Source: Bacilli bacterium
GTDB lineage: Bacteria > Bacillota_I > Bacilli_A > ML615J-28 > CAG-698
DNA: 64,000 bases
Direction: 5' to 3'
Assembly (NCBI GenBank): GCA_050953065.1
Contig: JBMNLZ010000001.1
Location: 224,001 to 288,000, forward strand
The notes under the pieces were generated by a model. The model was not told the DNA's origin. It saw nothing but the letters and a program-made list of their open reading frames with translations, and searched no databases. The stretch's first letter is position 1; each line of letters opens with the position of its first letter. Both the position numbers and the translations under genes were made by a program. Positions 43,901 to 53,490 of this stretch are shown here, piece after piece.

Positions 43901-45971
43901 ATAATGTAGATCTTATATTTTCTTCGCTCCAATCATAGACTTTCTCATCGGCATATGCTGATGTTAAATCTGGAAACATGTTCTTTAACATCGCCTTAAA
44001 TAAATTATTAATATTAGAAGTCATGTTAACAATTTGACTTTCTTCATTATATACAGGTACTAAATCTCCTGTTAATAATTGCGATTGTGAAATATAATAA
44101 CTCATCTTATCTAAATCTGCATGTTGTAAAAGTGGACCATAAATTTGATCAATATTAAACTGTTCCTTAGGTAACCCCAACAAATCAGTAGCTCTCGCAG
44201 ATTCATAAGCTAAATACAACAATGATGTAAATTCCCTAACAGCAGTTTCATTATCAGTCCAGTCGATTTGTTCCATAGATTCAATATAGAAAAACGACCT
44301 GTATGCTTCAGGCATTTGTTCTTGATATACATTAACAACAACTGAAGTCATCGCTTTCTTAAGTAAAGTTGAATTTACTAACGACTGAGCTAAGTTTCTT
44401 ATATCTTCTTCTAATACTTTTTCATAATCAATATTAATACCAATAGAATGTCCATTTGTCATGGAACTTGAAAAACTTAAAATTGTTTGTGCATCTAAAA
44501 CAGCATAAGGACTTATATTTTGTAATGCTTCATGAACAATACCGATATTTCTAATCTCATCTTGCCAGTTAGCCTCCTCTAAATCCGCCGCATTAATTCC
44601 AAACTTAGATACTATTTCACTAAATTTCGGTTGTTCTAGAAAATATCTAATTACCAAAGGTGCTATAACTGCAACTGTATCAATTCCACCAATATTGTTG
44701 AAGAAATTTTTAACTGTTTCTGGATCTAAATTGAAATAATTTGCATTAATATTTCCATTCTCATCAGTTTCTAACAAACTCAAAACATCAGCAAAGGCAT
44801 ATCCCATTTTTTTAATATCATAAACGCCATCAATTGAAGCAATCTCACTAGCTGCAGCTGCATCTATATTAAATTGTTCTTTTATACTTGCAATTTGTGG
44901 CAATTCATCGCCATATAACACTAAATCTATTCCTATTGGAATTAAGACATTGATCAATTTTAATGATGTTAAATCATCAATTACTCCTTTAATTACTTCA
45001 TCTTCAAGGGCTAAAGCCTTTGATGTGGTTACACCATTTTCAAAAAAGCCTATTTCATTTAGTCTCTTATATGCTTTAGCAACCGTTGCAATCTCTTTTG
45101 TTAACCTAATTCCTTCTTCATCAACAGCTATATTAAAAACTTCATCAAATAAATATTCATCTATACTAACACCGTTTGCTGAAAAAATACCATTTATTTG
45201 GCCAGGAACAGAATTTTTATAAATTTGAGTTAATTCAAGTATTTTATTTAAATCTGGAAAAGAATCCAAAGGATTATTCATCAAAATTTTAGAATCAACA
45301 CCATCTACAACAATTAAGGAATCATCAATAACTACAGCATGATATTGACTAGTTGGAGATGCCTCTACGTTTGACACTGCACTAGCTATAGATGAACCAA
45401 TTGAAGCAATACCTGCTAATGGAAAACTTATTAACAAGAATAAAAGTGCACCTTTTACAGCACCAACCCCTAAACCACCAAGTCTTGAATAAATTGATTT
45501 TTTTCTTCTTTTTCCATCTTTTTTTCTTGGTCTGATAAAAAGCCAAATTATAAAAGCAGGGATTCCACCAATAAAAGAAAATGCAATAAATACAATTACT
45601 ATATATAAAATTATTCTTGCTATAAGCCCAACAATTCCATTAAAGAAAGCAGCAAAATCTGCACTTTGTTCCATCATATTATTAAATGCTGGAAACATAT
45701 TATTTAATATTTGTTTAAGTGTCTCATCTAAAGTTGTCAGAGTAACACCATTAAAATTTGCATTAAAAGAACTAAAATCATAGCCTAAAATAAATTTAGT
45801 TAAAGCTGGTATCATTAACCATCCGCCTATAAAAAGTACTAAGCTAATGGCAAGGAAAAAAACAGATTTAAAAGTTCCTCTTATAAATCCAATTAATGCA
45901 AACAGCACAACTAAACCAGCAAATGCAAGATTTAAAAACAAAGTTATTTGATTAACATCAATACCAGACAT
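40944..45971 (-). CDS. very large acidic membrane-anchored protein with an N-terminal CvpA-like TM region and helical repeats
   Basis: 1675-aa ORF; GFIRG and SRLGGLGVGAVKG CvpA-like motifs; D/E-rich degenerate repeats. Confidence 0.75.
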   Translation of the reverse strand: MSGIDVNQITLFLNLAFAGLVVLFALIGFIRGTFKSVFFLAISLVLFIGGWLMIPALTKFILGYDFSSFNANFNGVTLTTLDETLKQILNNMFPAFNNMMEQSADFAAFFNGIVGLIARIILYIVIVFIAFSFIGGIPAFIIWLFIRPRKKDGKRRKKSIYSRLGGLGVGAVKGALLFLLISFPLAGIASIGSSIASAVSNVEASPTSQYHAVVIDDSLIVVDGVDSKILMNNPLDSFPDLNKILELTQIYKNSVPGQINGIFSANGVSIDEYLFDEVFNIAVDEEGIRLTKEIATVAKAYKRLNEIGFFENGVTTSKALALEDEVIKGVIDDLTSLKLINVLIPIGIDLVLYGDELPQIASIKEQFNIDAAAASEIASIDGVYDIKKMGYAFADVLSLLETDENGNINANYFNLDPETVKNFFNNIGGIDTVAVIAPLVIRYFLEQPKFSEIVSKFGINAADLEEANWQDEIRNIGIVHEALQNISPYAVLDAQTILSFSSSMTNGHSIGINIDYEKVLEEDIRNLAQSLVNSTLLKKAMTSVVVNVYQEQMPEAYRSFFYIESMEQIDWTDNETAVREFTSLLYLAYESARATDLLGLPKEQFNIDQIYGPLLQHADLDKMSYYISQSQLLTGDLVPVYNEESQIVNMTSNINNLFKAMLKNMFPDLTSAYADEKVYDWSEENIRSTLYASRISVEMDLIGSNFMLIDATDEQIKDLAFYMIRSDVYKSLLNKLIQMVAVDISSATPLALLEEDEWTQAEIEDFFKAVRLIQVRFETYPDIESVFMSLSNTELIQCIKSTVFRNTLVNFVKDAAEPGGPLYDIIVVSNVSDDDWKYIDDDNPGELSRFFGGLGILMGDVSTFDEMHDRLGSINLVSDLTDDDLDIIFESIILSDTIVYQVAKHAEGAGAIIVIPDGVDLNDTSRDGELRKLLMSVALITGGIAAPTPAEIIDNVLALTDEQLDQLVASAIISATIINRLYEYRYTEEAPNNVLYIPFEETDPIWNAELKRLLKAIILVSEGTISGIEGNGEAVADRVLNYNDEEIDTLEASEVMFLSIVNRIIIAGETHEYLNIRYDINDPIWRPDGGRELRFLIKAINKMLDDTPNRKLSEVSISGVSNLQDNKTTLLMSRIISESIVEELVAQSLANPLLRIPDDLYNGGNYIEVEDWYNEYDEDYVLSYEGEASKVISGFDELIGEGSIEDAINLFLGNQMAVILGKNFNVLVDSRIVENSIVYQVEGEVGAGGPMEHYIVAPAHEDWYREYVSGVLVEGELLPFLEALKLLQDAGVDHDNITFDTLKNANIDGVEEGLLHSNVLENSLEKMITKVLTDTGDTRYDKAITRINDAENPIEWGEMPVYTVLNLYPEVSLNEYTELYLLLKAMSDASDLDTYTGFENIVTLEERDNLANLLHNLNKSTVLRPILQTSIKEKFDESLPPGEPSWMSPESADDATDADWKDEIDLITNLLYTANTNGVSITSPIDPLDDTVPLNVLEGILYNINDSFLLDINQIRYAMLSSLNTFFGPNFEINDLGDEANVLLIQSGITDPLTATKEQIHDAWDAEIADLILIIGELRTLGGSSHSLSGIDWSSVEQTNQLGDVFNAMADTGTLKPTMQKIVDSTVDSVEVLLGIPSIDPYVSDPTVFTVTDTTDFRDITDALREAYIAVTSAP

Positions 45972-46122
45972 ATTAGTTACCTCACTTAATATTCTTCAAT
46001 TAATTATATCAAAAATGTATAGTTTTGTAAATAAGTTTAATCTTAGGTTAACCTTCATTTAAAAAAACTATTTTTATTACTTTTTTAAAAAAAATATGGT
46101 AGAATTACTCGTGGTGATTTTT

Positions 46123-47892
46123 ATGTTTAAAGCAATTTCAATTAATGATTATAAAAAAATTAAGTCTTTCCTAAACCTTGAATTTAACTCAAAGTATATT
46201 GCCAGCGAGTTGCAATTTCAAAATATTTTTGCATGGAAAGAAGTTGATAATCTCCTAATACATTTTAGTGATAATTATGCTGTTTTGAAAGGGAAAAACA
46301 ATCTTGATTTTTTCTTCCCGCCACTTGCTGAATGTGAAAAATCGTTTTTAGAAGGCTTAAATTTTATCGAAAACTACTGTTCGACTAATTCTATACCAGT
46401 CTTATTCCACTCAATCCCTGAAATATATTTACATCTATTTGAAAAGTATAAACTTTTTTCTCAAAGAAATTTTTTTGAATACATACATTATACAAAAGAC
46501 TTAATTGAACTTAAAGGAAAGAGATATCATGCAAAAAGAAACCACATAGCACAATTTCTTAAAAATTATTCTTATGAATTTCTACCTTATAAAGAAGATT
46601 TTAGAAAAGATATTGAAAACTTAATTGATTTTTGGAATAAAAAGCACGAAGATAACCATGAAAAAGAAGCAATTTTTAATATACTAGATAATTTAGAAGC
46701 ACTAGAATGTTATTGTGATTGCATTTTTATAGATAATTATTTGTGCGGTTTTGCCATTGGTTTTATTTCTAACAATGTAGGCATCATTCTTTTTGAAAAA
46801 GCCAATACAACTTGTACTGGAATCTATAGTTTCTTAGAAAACTTATTTATCAAAAAGAATTTTTCTAATACACTTTATATAAATAGACAAGAAGATATGG
46901 GGATTGCAAGCTTAAGAAAATCAAAGTTGTCTCTTCATCCTGAATTTTTAGAAAAAAAATATTTAGCAGTTCAACCGTTAAAAGAACAACTTTATAATTT
47001 ATATTCACTTGGTTTTCCAGAAGATAGCCTTTCATATAAAAAATTCTTTTTTGAAGCTAAAATCAAAAACCTTAAATATAAGTTGTTAAAAAAGAAAAAC
47101 ATCGTTCTTTCCATGTTTTTCTTCAAAGAACAAACACTTTCAATTTTAAATACTGATTTTAAAACTAAATTTATTTCAACCCTAACAACCCATCCAATTT
47201 ATCAAAAAAAACATTTAGCTACAAAATTAATTTGCTCAAGTTTAAATCTTTTTTCAAAGAATACAGACTTTGTTGTATTGCATCCTACTAACGAAGACTT
47301 TTACAAAAAGTTTGGTTTTATTACTTATTCAAAAAAATCTTCTATTAATTTTAATTCTTTTGAAAGATTTGAAACAAATAATGTAAATGAATTGAAAGAA
47401 TTTTATGATTTAACCTTAAAAAACTTTGATGTTTATACAAAAAGATCCGAAAAAGATTTTAAATTTTGGTATTTGGAGATTTTATCTGATCAAGGTAAGG
47501 TTTATAAGTTAAAATCCAATAACAAGAGTTTAGGATATGCAGTTTGCTTTGATAATCAAATTGAAGAATTTTGTTTAACAATTCAAGAAAATTCAACTTT
47601 TTCAAATATGATTAGAATATGCAACGTTATCTCAATCTTACAAAATTATCCATATAAAAATGATTTTAGTTTTTCTTTAAAAATTAATGATAAAATTATT
47701 CATAAAAATAATATAACAATAAAAATTTCTCATGAAAATGGTTTAACAAATATTTCAAAATCTATTTTCTACGACTTTGAAGTATCTATAGAAACTCTCA
47801 CTGAATTACTTATATTAGGAAAAACATCTAACAATATCCCAATATCAAAATATTTCCAAACACTTAAAACAATTAGCCTAGATAAATATTAA
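46123..47892 (+). CDS. fusion of a DUF2156 (aminoacyl-PG synthase C-terminal-like) domain and an Eis-like GNAT/SCP2 region
   Basis: LKGKRYHAKRNHI, FEKAN, INRQEDMG..SLRKSKLS; then T.P.YQKK.LA..L and FYKKFGF GNAT motifs; C-terminal LKINDK..N..I SCP2-like segment. Confidence 0.8.
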   Translation: MFKAISINDYKKIKSFLNLEFNSKYIASELQFQNIFAWKEVDNLLIHFSDNYAVLKGKNNLDFFFPPLAECEKSFLEGLNFIENYCSTNSIPVLFHSIPEIYLHLFEKYKLFSQRNFFEYIHYTKDLIELKGKRYHAKRNHIAQFLKNYSYEFLPYKEDFRKDIENLIDFWNKKHEDNHEKEAIFNILDNLEALECYCDCIFIDNYLCGFAIGFISNNVGIILFEKANTTCTGIYSFLENLFIKKNFSNTLYINRQEDMGIASLRKSKLSLHPEFLEKKYLAVQPLKEQLYNLYSLGFPEDSLSYKKFFFEAKIKNLKYKLLKKKNIVLSMFFFKEQTLSILNTDFKTKFISTLTTHPIYQKKHLATKLICSSLNLFSKNTDFVVLHPTNEDFYKKFGFITYSKKSSINFNSFERFETNNVNELKEFYDLTLKNFDVYTKRSEKDFKFWYLEILSDQGKVYKLKSNNKSLGYAVCFDNQIEEFCLTIQENSTFSNMIRICNVISILQNYPYKNDFSFSLKINDKIIHKNNITIKISHENGLTNISKSIFYDFEVSIETLTELLILGKTSNNIPISKYFQTLKTISLDKY

Positions 47893-47915
47893 AACCTTAA
47901 CTTTCGTTAAGGTTT
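47892..47915. terminator. bidirectional terminator
   Basis: AAACCTTAAC-TTTC-GTTAAGGTTT. Confidence 0.8.
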
Positions 47916-47920
47916 ATTTT

Positions 47921-48676
47921 TTAATCTTCATCTAATAAACTAATTTTTTCTTTTTTTGCCTTCTTCTTCTTTTTCTTCTTAGAATCTCCAAACAAATCTA
48001 ATTCTTCATCCAATTCAGTTATATCTATTTTTTTTGAACCAGAAAACTGTTGAGCATTCAATATATCTGTACCTAAATTTAAAACTAATTGTTTTAATTT
48101 TTTATCTGGGTTTACATAAATTTGGGAAATTACATCTTTGGATTTTTTATCTTTTGTAGAAAACTTTAAAAATTCATTACTTTGACTTTTAGAAAGTATT
48201 TCTAGATAAAAAACATTGCTCTTGATTAATGAGATTAATACCCCTAATAAAAATATACCTCCACCAGCTCCCATAATTAAATATGAATATTGAAGTGTAT
48301 TAATAGTATTCAAAATTGTAATTCGAGATAATATTGATATTTGACTAATTAGTTGAGTCAAAATTCCTGCATAAATTATAGCACCAAAGACAGCTACTAT
48401 AAAACCAATCAATATAAAAACTGCTCCGAAAGCTTTAGCAACTTTATTTCTAGTTTTATTATACCCCGCCTTGATTCCACCATTAACGTCTTTTAAAGAT
48501 GATTCAATAGTAATCGCACCTCTTTGGCCACGTACATTCCCAGAAAATATTAATCTTTGACTTGTTAAAATAAAGTTACCTTTACCAGCAGGATTTCTTA
48601 AATGCATATCATCATATACTTTATATACTTCTTCATTTACTCCAAGATGGAAATTCTTTAGAATTTTTTTGTTCAT
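47921..48676 (-). CDS. hypothetical membrane protein (PH/GRAM-like motif, 2 TM, Lys-rich tail)
   Basis: GNFILTSQRLIF; two hydrophobic helices; DSKKKKKKKAKKEK. Confidence 0.65.
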   Translation of the reverse strand: MNKKILKNFHLGVNEEVYKVYDDMHLRNPAGKGNFILTSQRLIFSGNVRGQRGAITIESSLKDVNGGIKAGYNKTRNKVAKAFGAVFILIGFIVAVFGAIIYAGILTQLISQISILSRITILNTINTLQYSYLIMGAGGGIFLLGVLISLIKSNVFYLEILSKSQSNEFLKFSTKDKKSKDVISQIYVNPDKKLKQLVLNLGTDILNAQQFSGSKKIDITELDEELDLFGDSKKKKKKKAKKEKISLLDED

Positions 48677-48768
48677 TTATAAAAACCCCTTTCATTATCT
48701 ATCTCTTATGATAACACACAGTTTTTATTTAAGCAATATTTTTTTGCTTAATTAAAATTGAATTAAGA

Positions 48769-50070
48769 CTAATCTATTATTTTTATAATAATATCTTCAG
48801 TTTTTATCGGCGTAGTGCTATACGAAAAAGAATTTTTAATCATTTTTTTAACAGTATCTAAATTCTTACCATTATGATAGATTTTAGCTATTACTTTATC
48901 TTTCTTTACAAAATCCCCAGCATCAACTAACAATTCTACCCCTACACTTAAATCAATTTGATCTTCTTTTTTAAGTCTTCCTGCTCCTAGAAACATGCTA
49001 GCTTTTCCTATCTCTAACGCATTTAAATTAGATATATAAGCATCTTTGGGACAAATTATTTCTTCAATATAACTTGCTTTTTTAAATAGATTATAATTAT
49101 GTACTACCTTTGAATCACCTTTTTGAAATTCAATCATTTTTTCAAACTTATTTAGTGCAGTTTTATTTGTTATAGCATCTTTAATTAACATAATTGCACT
49201 TTCTTTATCTTTAGAAGTTTTAGTCATTAAGAGAATTTGTGTGCAAATAGTCTCACATAAATGCATAAATCTAGTGTTACCATTTCCCTTTAATGTATTA
49301 ATTGCTTCAAGTACTTCTAAACTATTACCAACACAACTTCCTAACGGAAGATTCATATCAGTAAGAACACAAACTACTTGCCGATTGTATCTTTTACCTA
49401 TAGCCACCATTGCTTTAGCTAACTTTTCTGCTTGTTCAACTGTTTTCATAAAGGCACCAATGCCTACCTTTATATCCAACAGAATATAGGGAGCACCACT
49501 TGCTATTTTTTTTGACATTATTGAAGCTGCAATCAAACTGATTGAATCTATTGTTCCACTTACATCTCTTAATGCATAGAGTTTTTTATCAGCAGGAACT
49601 AAGTCACCAGTTTGGCCAATAATCGAAAGTCCTACAGTATTAACTTGGTTAATAAAATCATCCTGCGTAAGTTCAGTTGTAAAATTAGGTATTGATTCTA
49701 ATTTATCTATCGTACCACCCGTAAAACCTAATCCTCTACCACTCATTTTAGGAACTTTTAACCCACAAGCTGCTAAAATTGGACCTATAACTAGCGATGT
49801 CTTATCTCCAATTCCACCAGTTGAATGCTTATCAACACATATTCCTTTTATTTTAGATAAATCTATTGTATCCCCACTTTCAACCATAGCTTTGGTTAAA
49901 TAATATTCCTCGTCTTCATTCATGCCATTTATACAAATTGCCATTAAAAGGGCGCTTGCTTGATATTCAGTAATGTTCCCTAAAACATATTCATTAACAA
50001 AATAAGTAATTTCTTCTTTTGTTAAAGCGTATTTATCTTTCTTTTTGATAATGATATCGATTATATTCAT
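48769..50070 (-). CDS. pdp: pyrimidine-nucleoside (thymidine) phosphorylase
   Basis: DKHSTGG.GDK, SGRGLGFTGGTIDKLESI, ASIMSKK. Start refined to ATG 50070. Confidence 0.96.
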   Translation of the reverse strand: MNIIDIIIKKKDKYALTKEEITYFVNEYVLGNITEYQASALLMAICINGMNEDEEYYLTKAMVESGDTIDLSKIKGICVDKHSTGGIGDKTSLVIGPILAACGLKVPKMSGRGLGFTGGTIDKLESIPNFTTELTQDDFINQVNTVGLSIIGQTGDLVPADKKLYALRDVSGTIDSISLIAASIMSKKIASGAPYILLDIKVGIGAFMKTVEQAEKLAKAMVAIGKRYNRQVVCVLTDMNLPLGSCVGNSLEVLEAINTLKGNGNTRFMHLCETICTQILLMTKTSKDKESAIMLIKDAITNKTALNKFEKMIEFQKGDSKVVHNYNLFKKASYIEEIICPKDAYISNLNALEIGKASMFLGAGRLKKEDQIDLSVGVELLVDAGDFVKKDKVIAKIYHNGKNLDTVKKMIKNSFSYSTTPIKTEDIIIKIID

Positions 50071-50187
50071 ATTTCCCTCCACATTTATATTATACTATTC
50101 TTTTTAAAATCTTTAAAACCATTTTCATTTATTTTATCCTTGCTTTTTTCTATTTTGTATCTATAATTGATTTAGAGGTAGTATATT

Positions 50188-50736
50188 ATGAGAATTTGTT
50201 TTATTAGACACGGAGAAACTAATTGGAATAGTCAATCGTTAATTCAAGGTATAATTGATAACCCCTTAAATGACAATGGAATCAAACAAGCAGAAAATTT
50301 AGCCCTAGAACTTTTAAAAACGCAAATCAAATGGGATGTTGTTTTTTCAAGTCCTTTAGCAAGAGCTTTTGATACAGCAAAAATTGTTTCAAAAAAAATT
50401 AATTATCATTCTAATATCATAATTGATAATAATGTCATTGAAAGAGATTTTGGAAAAATCGAAGGTATGAAATTAAGTGAACAAGTTTACAATTTAATAA
50501 TCTCAGAAAAAGAACCATCTTTAGAAAAAGTTGTTTCACTAAAAGAAAGAGTTATGGACTTTATACAAAAGACTTATCAAAAATATCCAAACAAAAATAT
50601 TTTAGTATTTACACACTCTCATATTATTAAAACAATTAAAAACATCTTAAATCCAAATTATTCTTTCAGAAGTTCGCTTTCCAATTGCGCTATTCTTCAA
50701 ATAAAATATGATGGTTTAAAAATTAAAGAACTTTAG
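50188..50736 (+). CDS. histidine phosphatase family protein
   Basis: RHGET.WN, SSPL.RA..TA, E.DFG, THS. Confidence 0.92.
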   Translation: MRICFIRHGETNWNSQSLIQGIIDNPLNDNGIKQAENLALELLKTQIKWDVVFSSPLARAFDTAKIVSKKINYHSNIIIDNNVIERDFGKIEGMKLSEQVYNLIISEKEPSLEKVVSLKERVMDFIQKTYQKYPNKNILVFTHSHIIKTIKNILNPNYSFRSSLSNCAILQIKYDGLKIKEL

Positions 50737-50748
50737 ATACAAAACAAA

Positions 50749-51570
50749 CTAGTTATTGCTAGTTTGTTTTTTTAAATACTCGTTTTTTTCTAACAACATA
50801 TCAGTGATTTTATCACTAATTTCATTTGTTGTTTTTTCCTTTAATTCCTCATTTGAAATTAAATCTATAATTTCAAAGTTTACTGTCGTACGCTTGAAAG
50901 GATATTTTTTTTTCACCAAATTTGTTCCAAACAAATGAGTTACTAAAATAGGCACTTCTGCCTTTTGGGGAATTTTGAATACACCACTTTTTAAAGGTAA
51001 AAGCTCGCCACTTCTACTTCTAGTTCCTTCAGGAAAAACGCCAATATTTTCTTTGTTTTTACATCTTTTAATTGCTTCAAGCATAATTTGGGTAGCTTGA
51101 CGATTATCTTTTCTATCCAAAACTAAAAAACCAGTTCTTTTTAACCACACCCCAACTATCGGTACTGACATTATTTCTTTTTTCATAATATATGCAATAT
51201 CATGATTTTTTAAAGCATATATATGAATAATAGGATCCAAATTAGATAAATGATTACTAACTAGAAAAAAATTCCCAGCCTTTGATAATTTATCTAAATT
51301 TTTAGAAATAACTTTAATTCTCAAAAGAAAAACTACAAAACTACATGCCTGATGAATACAGCCATAATAAAATTTTTTATGCTTTTCATTAACTAAAAGT
51401 AAAGATAGTATGATAAATAAAAACAATATAATAGCACAAGCGACAACTCCAGCCAACATACTCAAAGGAATTGTCCACCAAATAACATTATTATAATTAA
51501 CAAATTGATAATAAATCGTAAAAAAGCATGCACAAATCGGGATAAAAAACGTAAGAAATATAATTATCAT
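50749..51570 (-). CDS. plsC: 1-acyl-sn-glycerol-3-phosphate acyltransferase
   Basis: NHLSNLD (HX4D), FPEGTRS. Confidence 0.9.
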   Translation of the reverse strand: MIIIFLTFFIPICACFFTIYYQFVNYNNVIWWTIPLSMLAGVVACAIILFLFIILSLLLVNEKHKKFYYGCIHQACSFVVFLLRIKVISKNLDKLSKAGNFFLVSNHLSNLDPIIHIYALKNHDIAYIMKKEIMSVPIVGVWLKRTGFLVLDRKDNRQATQIMLEAIKRCKNKENIGVFPEGTRSRSGELLPLKSGVFKIPQKAEVPILVTHLFGTNLVKKKYPFKRTTVNFEIIDLISNEELKEKTTNEISDKITDMLLEKNEYLKKQTSNN

Positions 51571-51573
51571 TTT

Positions 51574-52044
51574 TTATTTCCTCTCATATATACAAAAAGC
51601 CAAATCTCCTACTTCTTTTTTAGATATTAATTTATAATTAGCAAAGTCTATCTCTGGGAAAAAAACATCCCCCTCATATTCTTTATTTATATGAGTTATA
51701 TAAAGTCTATCAGCATAAGGTAGAGCTAATTTATAAATTTGTAATCCACCAATCACAAATATTTCTTCCTCATGTTTTTGCTTAAGAAAAGAAATTAGAT
51801 CATTAGTTACCTTAACTCCTGGAAAATTAAAATCTTTATCTAAAGTTGCCACAATATTATCTCTATTAGGTAATGGCTTTTTTATTCTATCAAATATAGA
51901 ATAAAAAGTTTGTTCACCCATTAAAACTGTTTTGTTTAGAGTTGTTTGCTTGAAATAATTCAAATCTTCTGGATAATGCCACGGTAAATCATTTCCTTTT
52001 CCAATCAAATTATTTTTACCAATAGCAACTATAATTGAAATCAT
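51574..52044 (-). CDS. folA: dihydrofolate reductase
   Basis: IG..NDLPWH.PEDL, PLPNR, VIGG, EGDVFFP. Confidence 0.96.
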   Translation of the reverse strand: MISIIVAIGKNNLIGKGNDLPWHYPEDLNYFKQTTLNKTVLMGEQTFYSIFDRIKKPLPNRDNIVATLDKDFNFPGVKVTNDLISFLKQKHEEEIFVIGGLQIYKLALPYADRLYITHINKEYEGDVFFPEIDFANYKLISKKEVGDLAFCIYERK

Positions 52045-52919
52045 ACAGAAACTTCTCCTTTAATAGCTGGATGATATTCATAATCCACTAATTCAAAATC
52101 ATCATATTTAAAATCATCTATTGATTTTACTTTTCTTTTAATATTCATCTTAGGTAATTTTTTTGGTTCTCTTGTTAATTGTAATTTAACTTGATCAAGA
52201 TGATTTAAATAAATATGTGCATCACCAATTGTATGAACAAATTCACCTAATTTCAAATCACATAACTGAGCAACCATCATAGTTAACAAAGAATATGATG
52301 CAATATTAAACGGAATACCTAAAAAAGCATCAGCACTTCTTTGATATAATTGGCAAGACAATTTCCCACCACTTACATAAAACTGAAATAATAAATGACA
52401 TGGAGGTATAGCCATTTCTTCAATATCAGCAGCTTGCCAACTACTAACAACTAATCTTCTTGAATCAGGATTTCTTTTAATTTCATTAATAACCCAAGCA
52501 AGTTGATCAATTTTTTTACCTTCTCCTGCAAAATTTCGCCATTGTCTTCCATAAACTGGACCTAAATCAGCATGTTTAACAGCAAATGTTGCATCATCTT
52601 TAACCTTTTGAACAAATTCTTCCATAGTTTCATCATTATAATCTTTACTGTTTTTAAATTTTTCATAAGGCCATTCATTCCAAATTCTTACATCATTTTG
52701 CACTAAATATCTAATATTAGTATCACCACTAATAAACCATAACAACTCATGTATAATTGCTTTTAAATACATTTTTTTAGTTGTCAATAAAGGAAAACCT
52801 TCATTCAAATCAAATCTCATTTGATATCCAAACGTTGATATAGTACCTGTCTTAGTTCTGTCTTCTTTTTTATAACCGTTGTCTAAAATGTGTCTTAAAA
52901 AATCTAAATATTGTTTCAT
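52041..52919 (-). CDS. thyA: thymidylate synthase
   Basis: DRTKTGT, PPCH, YQRSAD, PFNIASY. Confidence 0.98.
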   Translation of the reverse strand: MKQYLDFLRHILDNGYKKEDRTKTGTISTFGYQMRFDLNEGFPLLTTKKMYLKAIIHELLWFISGDTNIRYLVQNDVRIWNEWPYEKFKNSKDYNDETMEEFVQKVKDDATFAVKHADLGPVYGRQWRNFAGEGKKIDQLAWVINEIKRNPDSRRLVVSSWQAADIEEMAIPPCHLLFQFYVSGGKLSCQLYQRSADAFLGIPFNIASYSLLTMMVAQLCDLKLGEFVHTIGDAHIYLNHLDQVKLQLTREPKKLPKMNIKRKVKSIDDFKYDDFELVDYEYHPAIKGEVSV

Positions 52920-52974
52920 AATTACTCCTTTGCTACTTGTTGATTATAACACAAATATTCTGTTCTTAAAAGAA

Positions 52975-53490
52975 TTATTTCAGTAAAAAATCTTTCCCTT
53001 TCATTGATTCTGGTTCAAAATTACTTAAACCAGGATAGTCTTGTTGTCTTAAAGCCTCGTAAATAGCTATTGCAGCTACATTAGATATATTTAAACTTCG
53101 CACATTATCTGTCATCGGTAATCTAACACAGCGTTCTAAATAACGTCGTAATATTTCTTTAGGGATTCCTGTTGACTCTTTTCCGATAAAAAAATAATAG
53201 TTTATTTGAGTATCCTTTAATTTTAATGAATGGAAATTATTCAAACCATATCTAGTAAAAAAGTAAAATTCTCCCTGATTTTTAGATAAGAAATCTTCAA
53301 AATCTTCATACACATGATAAATTAACTTATCTATATAGTTAACACCAGATCTTTTTAATTTACTTTGATTTAAAGAAAACCCCAAAGGTTTGATTAAATG
53401 CAAAATCGAATTCGTAGCCACACATGTTCTCATTATATTTCCAGTGTTTTGAGGTATTTCAGGTTCATATAAAACTACATTAATTGACAT
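52975..53490 (-). CDS. trmL: tRNA (cytidine/uridine-34-2'-O)-methyltransferase
   Basis: PEIPQNTGNI.RTC, GKESTG, RSLN.SN, YEALRQ. Confidence 0.95.
   Translation of the reverse strand: MSINVVLYEPEIPQNTGNIMRTCVATNSILHLIKPLGFSLNQSKLKRSGVNYIDKLIYHVYEDFEDFLSKNQGEFYFFTRYGLNNFHSLKLKDTQINYYFFIGKESTGIPKEILRRYLERCVRLPMTDNVRSLNISNVAAIAIYEALRQQDYPGLSNFEPESMKGKDFLLK

Noticed and set aside
52560-52680. Extra segment in ThyA relative to E. coli
   Set aside because: Corresponds to the known small-domain insertion of Lactobacillus-type thymidylate synthases.
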